From Epiperipatus broadwayi (taxonomy: Eukaryota; Animalia; Onychophora): DNA of 64,000 nt. The stretch is taken from positions 12,772,001-12,836,000 of the forward strand of contig JAQFVV010000008.1 in the NCBI GenBank assembly GCA_028023455.1. Reading direction: 5' to 3'. A program made the position numbers and the translations under genes. The notes under the pieces were generated by a model. It did not search any database and was not told the origin of the DNA. It saw nothing but the letters and a program-made list of their open reading frames with translations. This document shows, in pieces, positions 62,917 to 64,000 of this stretch (positions are counted from its first letter, which is position 1; the number at the start of each line of letters is the position of its first letter).

Positions 62917-63759
62917 TATATAAGACATTTTATGAGTTCATCCATGTTAAAAAATTTAAATATTGATATACTGACATTTCAACTTGGTCACATAAGTCAT
63001 CCATTGGGTGATGAAAGGTAGAAATAAGCCTTATTTAAACCCAAAATGGACAAAATAGGAAAAAAAAGATGATAAATCAACTATTAGGATTTGTGTTCCA
63101 TATGTAAAAGGAACTACAGACAGTATTGGATGTATATTAAAATGCTATAATATAGATACAGCATTTTCTACTCATCAAAAGATCAGCAATATAATAATCA
63201 AGCCTAAGGATTCAATACCTCTTGAATCTCATGGTGTTTATCAAATCTTATGTAAAAATTGTAAAGCTTCTTACATAGGTATGAGTAATCATCGCATCAG
63301 TGTTAGGAGAGATGAGCATGCTAATGCAGTTAAACAACACTCATCAGCAGCAGCACTCTCACTCCATACTATAGATTCAGGTCATAAAATTGATTTTTCT
63401 AGTGCCAGGATCACATCCAGATGTGATAATCTCTTCCAAAGCAAAATTAGAGAAGCCATTGAGATCCTTAAAAGGCCAAATTGTATCAAAAAGCAAGATG
63501 ATACATGCAAACTTCCTCTTATTTGGAAAGATTTTTTTAAAAAACATTCTTAACATTTTTCTATTGTTGGAACTTTAGCGTTTATTCAAATCAATGATTG
63601 TAGCGCCTCTACAACCATCTTTCAACCTTTTATCACCCAGTGGATGACTTGTGTGACCAAGTTGAAACGTTGGTATATCAATATTTTAAATTTTTAATAT
63701 GGATGAACCCACAAAATATGTCTTTTATATATGCAACCTATGAAAATCTTTGTTTCAGC
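62917..63759 (+). mobile_element. 5'-truncated Penelope-like element: GIY-YIG endonuclease with an inverted pseudo-LTR
   Basis: Frame ~63070-63553 VPYVKGTTDSI..GVYQILCKNCKASYIG..RRDEH..GHKIDF..REAIEI. 62917-63022 is the inverted copy of 63620-63730. Degenerate GATGAC..GTTGAAACG hammerhead-like relic at ~63640-63672. Confidence 0.9.
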
Positions 63760-63914
63760 ATATATATATATATATTGATAGCATAAGATGGGAATTGTTT
63801 ATTTGATAATAAATACTAAATATAAGAAAGAAAAAGATGAATAAGATAATGTATAATGGATGTATACATATGTATAAAATTGTAATAATAATAATATTTT
63901 TTATTTTTTCACAG

Positions 63915-63979
63915 GTTTATTTCTAATGATGACTACTAGGGTGTATAAAGCTATAGAACGTTTATTGTCACGTGATTAA
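63915..63979 (+). CDS. Weak candidate terminal exon
   Basis: Strong acceptor tttttttcacag| followed by (G)LFLMMTTRVYKAIERLLSRD*. No other support. Confidence 0.15.
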
Positions 63980-64000
63980 TTTTTAAAATGGCATCTTGAG

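Overview
AT-rich, CpG-depleted eukaryotic (metazoan, probably arthropod) genomic DNA. Nothing here is prokaryotic and there is no CRISPR array. Most of the window is nested, decayed transposons: at least four Ty3/gypsy insertions (one nearly complete at 53148-62584 on the minus strand, with paired LTRs and a tRNA-Lys-like PBS), an RTEX-like LINE with an esterase ORF1, RTE LINE fragments, a possible R2/NeSL-type relic, hAT and Tc1/mariner-type DNA transposon relics, and many Penelope-like (PLE) elements. Several PLE copies are fold-back insertions bounded by 12-14 bp target-site duplications, and some carry hammerhead ribozyme motifs; the one at 22235-22278 is near-intact. One host gene is recognisable: a GTSF1/Asterix-type double CHHC zinc-finger piRNA cofactor on the minus strand. 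Its first coding exon is 49309-49549. Phase-consistent candidate exons at 43331-43391 and 34608/34622-34788 give a 160-aa protein. A tandem array of three further diverged copies of the C-terminal exon follows, each ending in or related to a GCGRG module. A tRNA-Gly(TCC)-derived retroposon with an AAC anticodon, a poly(A) tail and a 15-bp TSD sits in the GTSF1 intron. Three phase-consistent candidate exons of an unidentified plus-strand gene lie at 6.4-11.2 kb. All assignments come from motif recognition by eye; no database search or alignment program was run.
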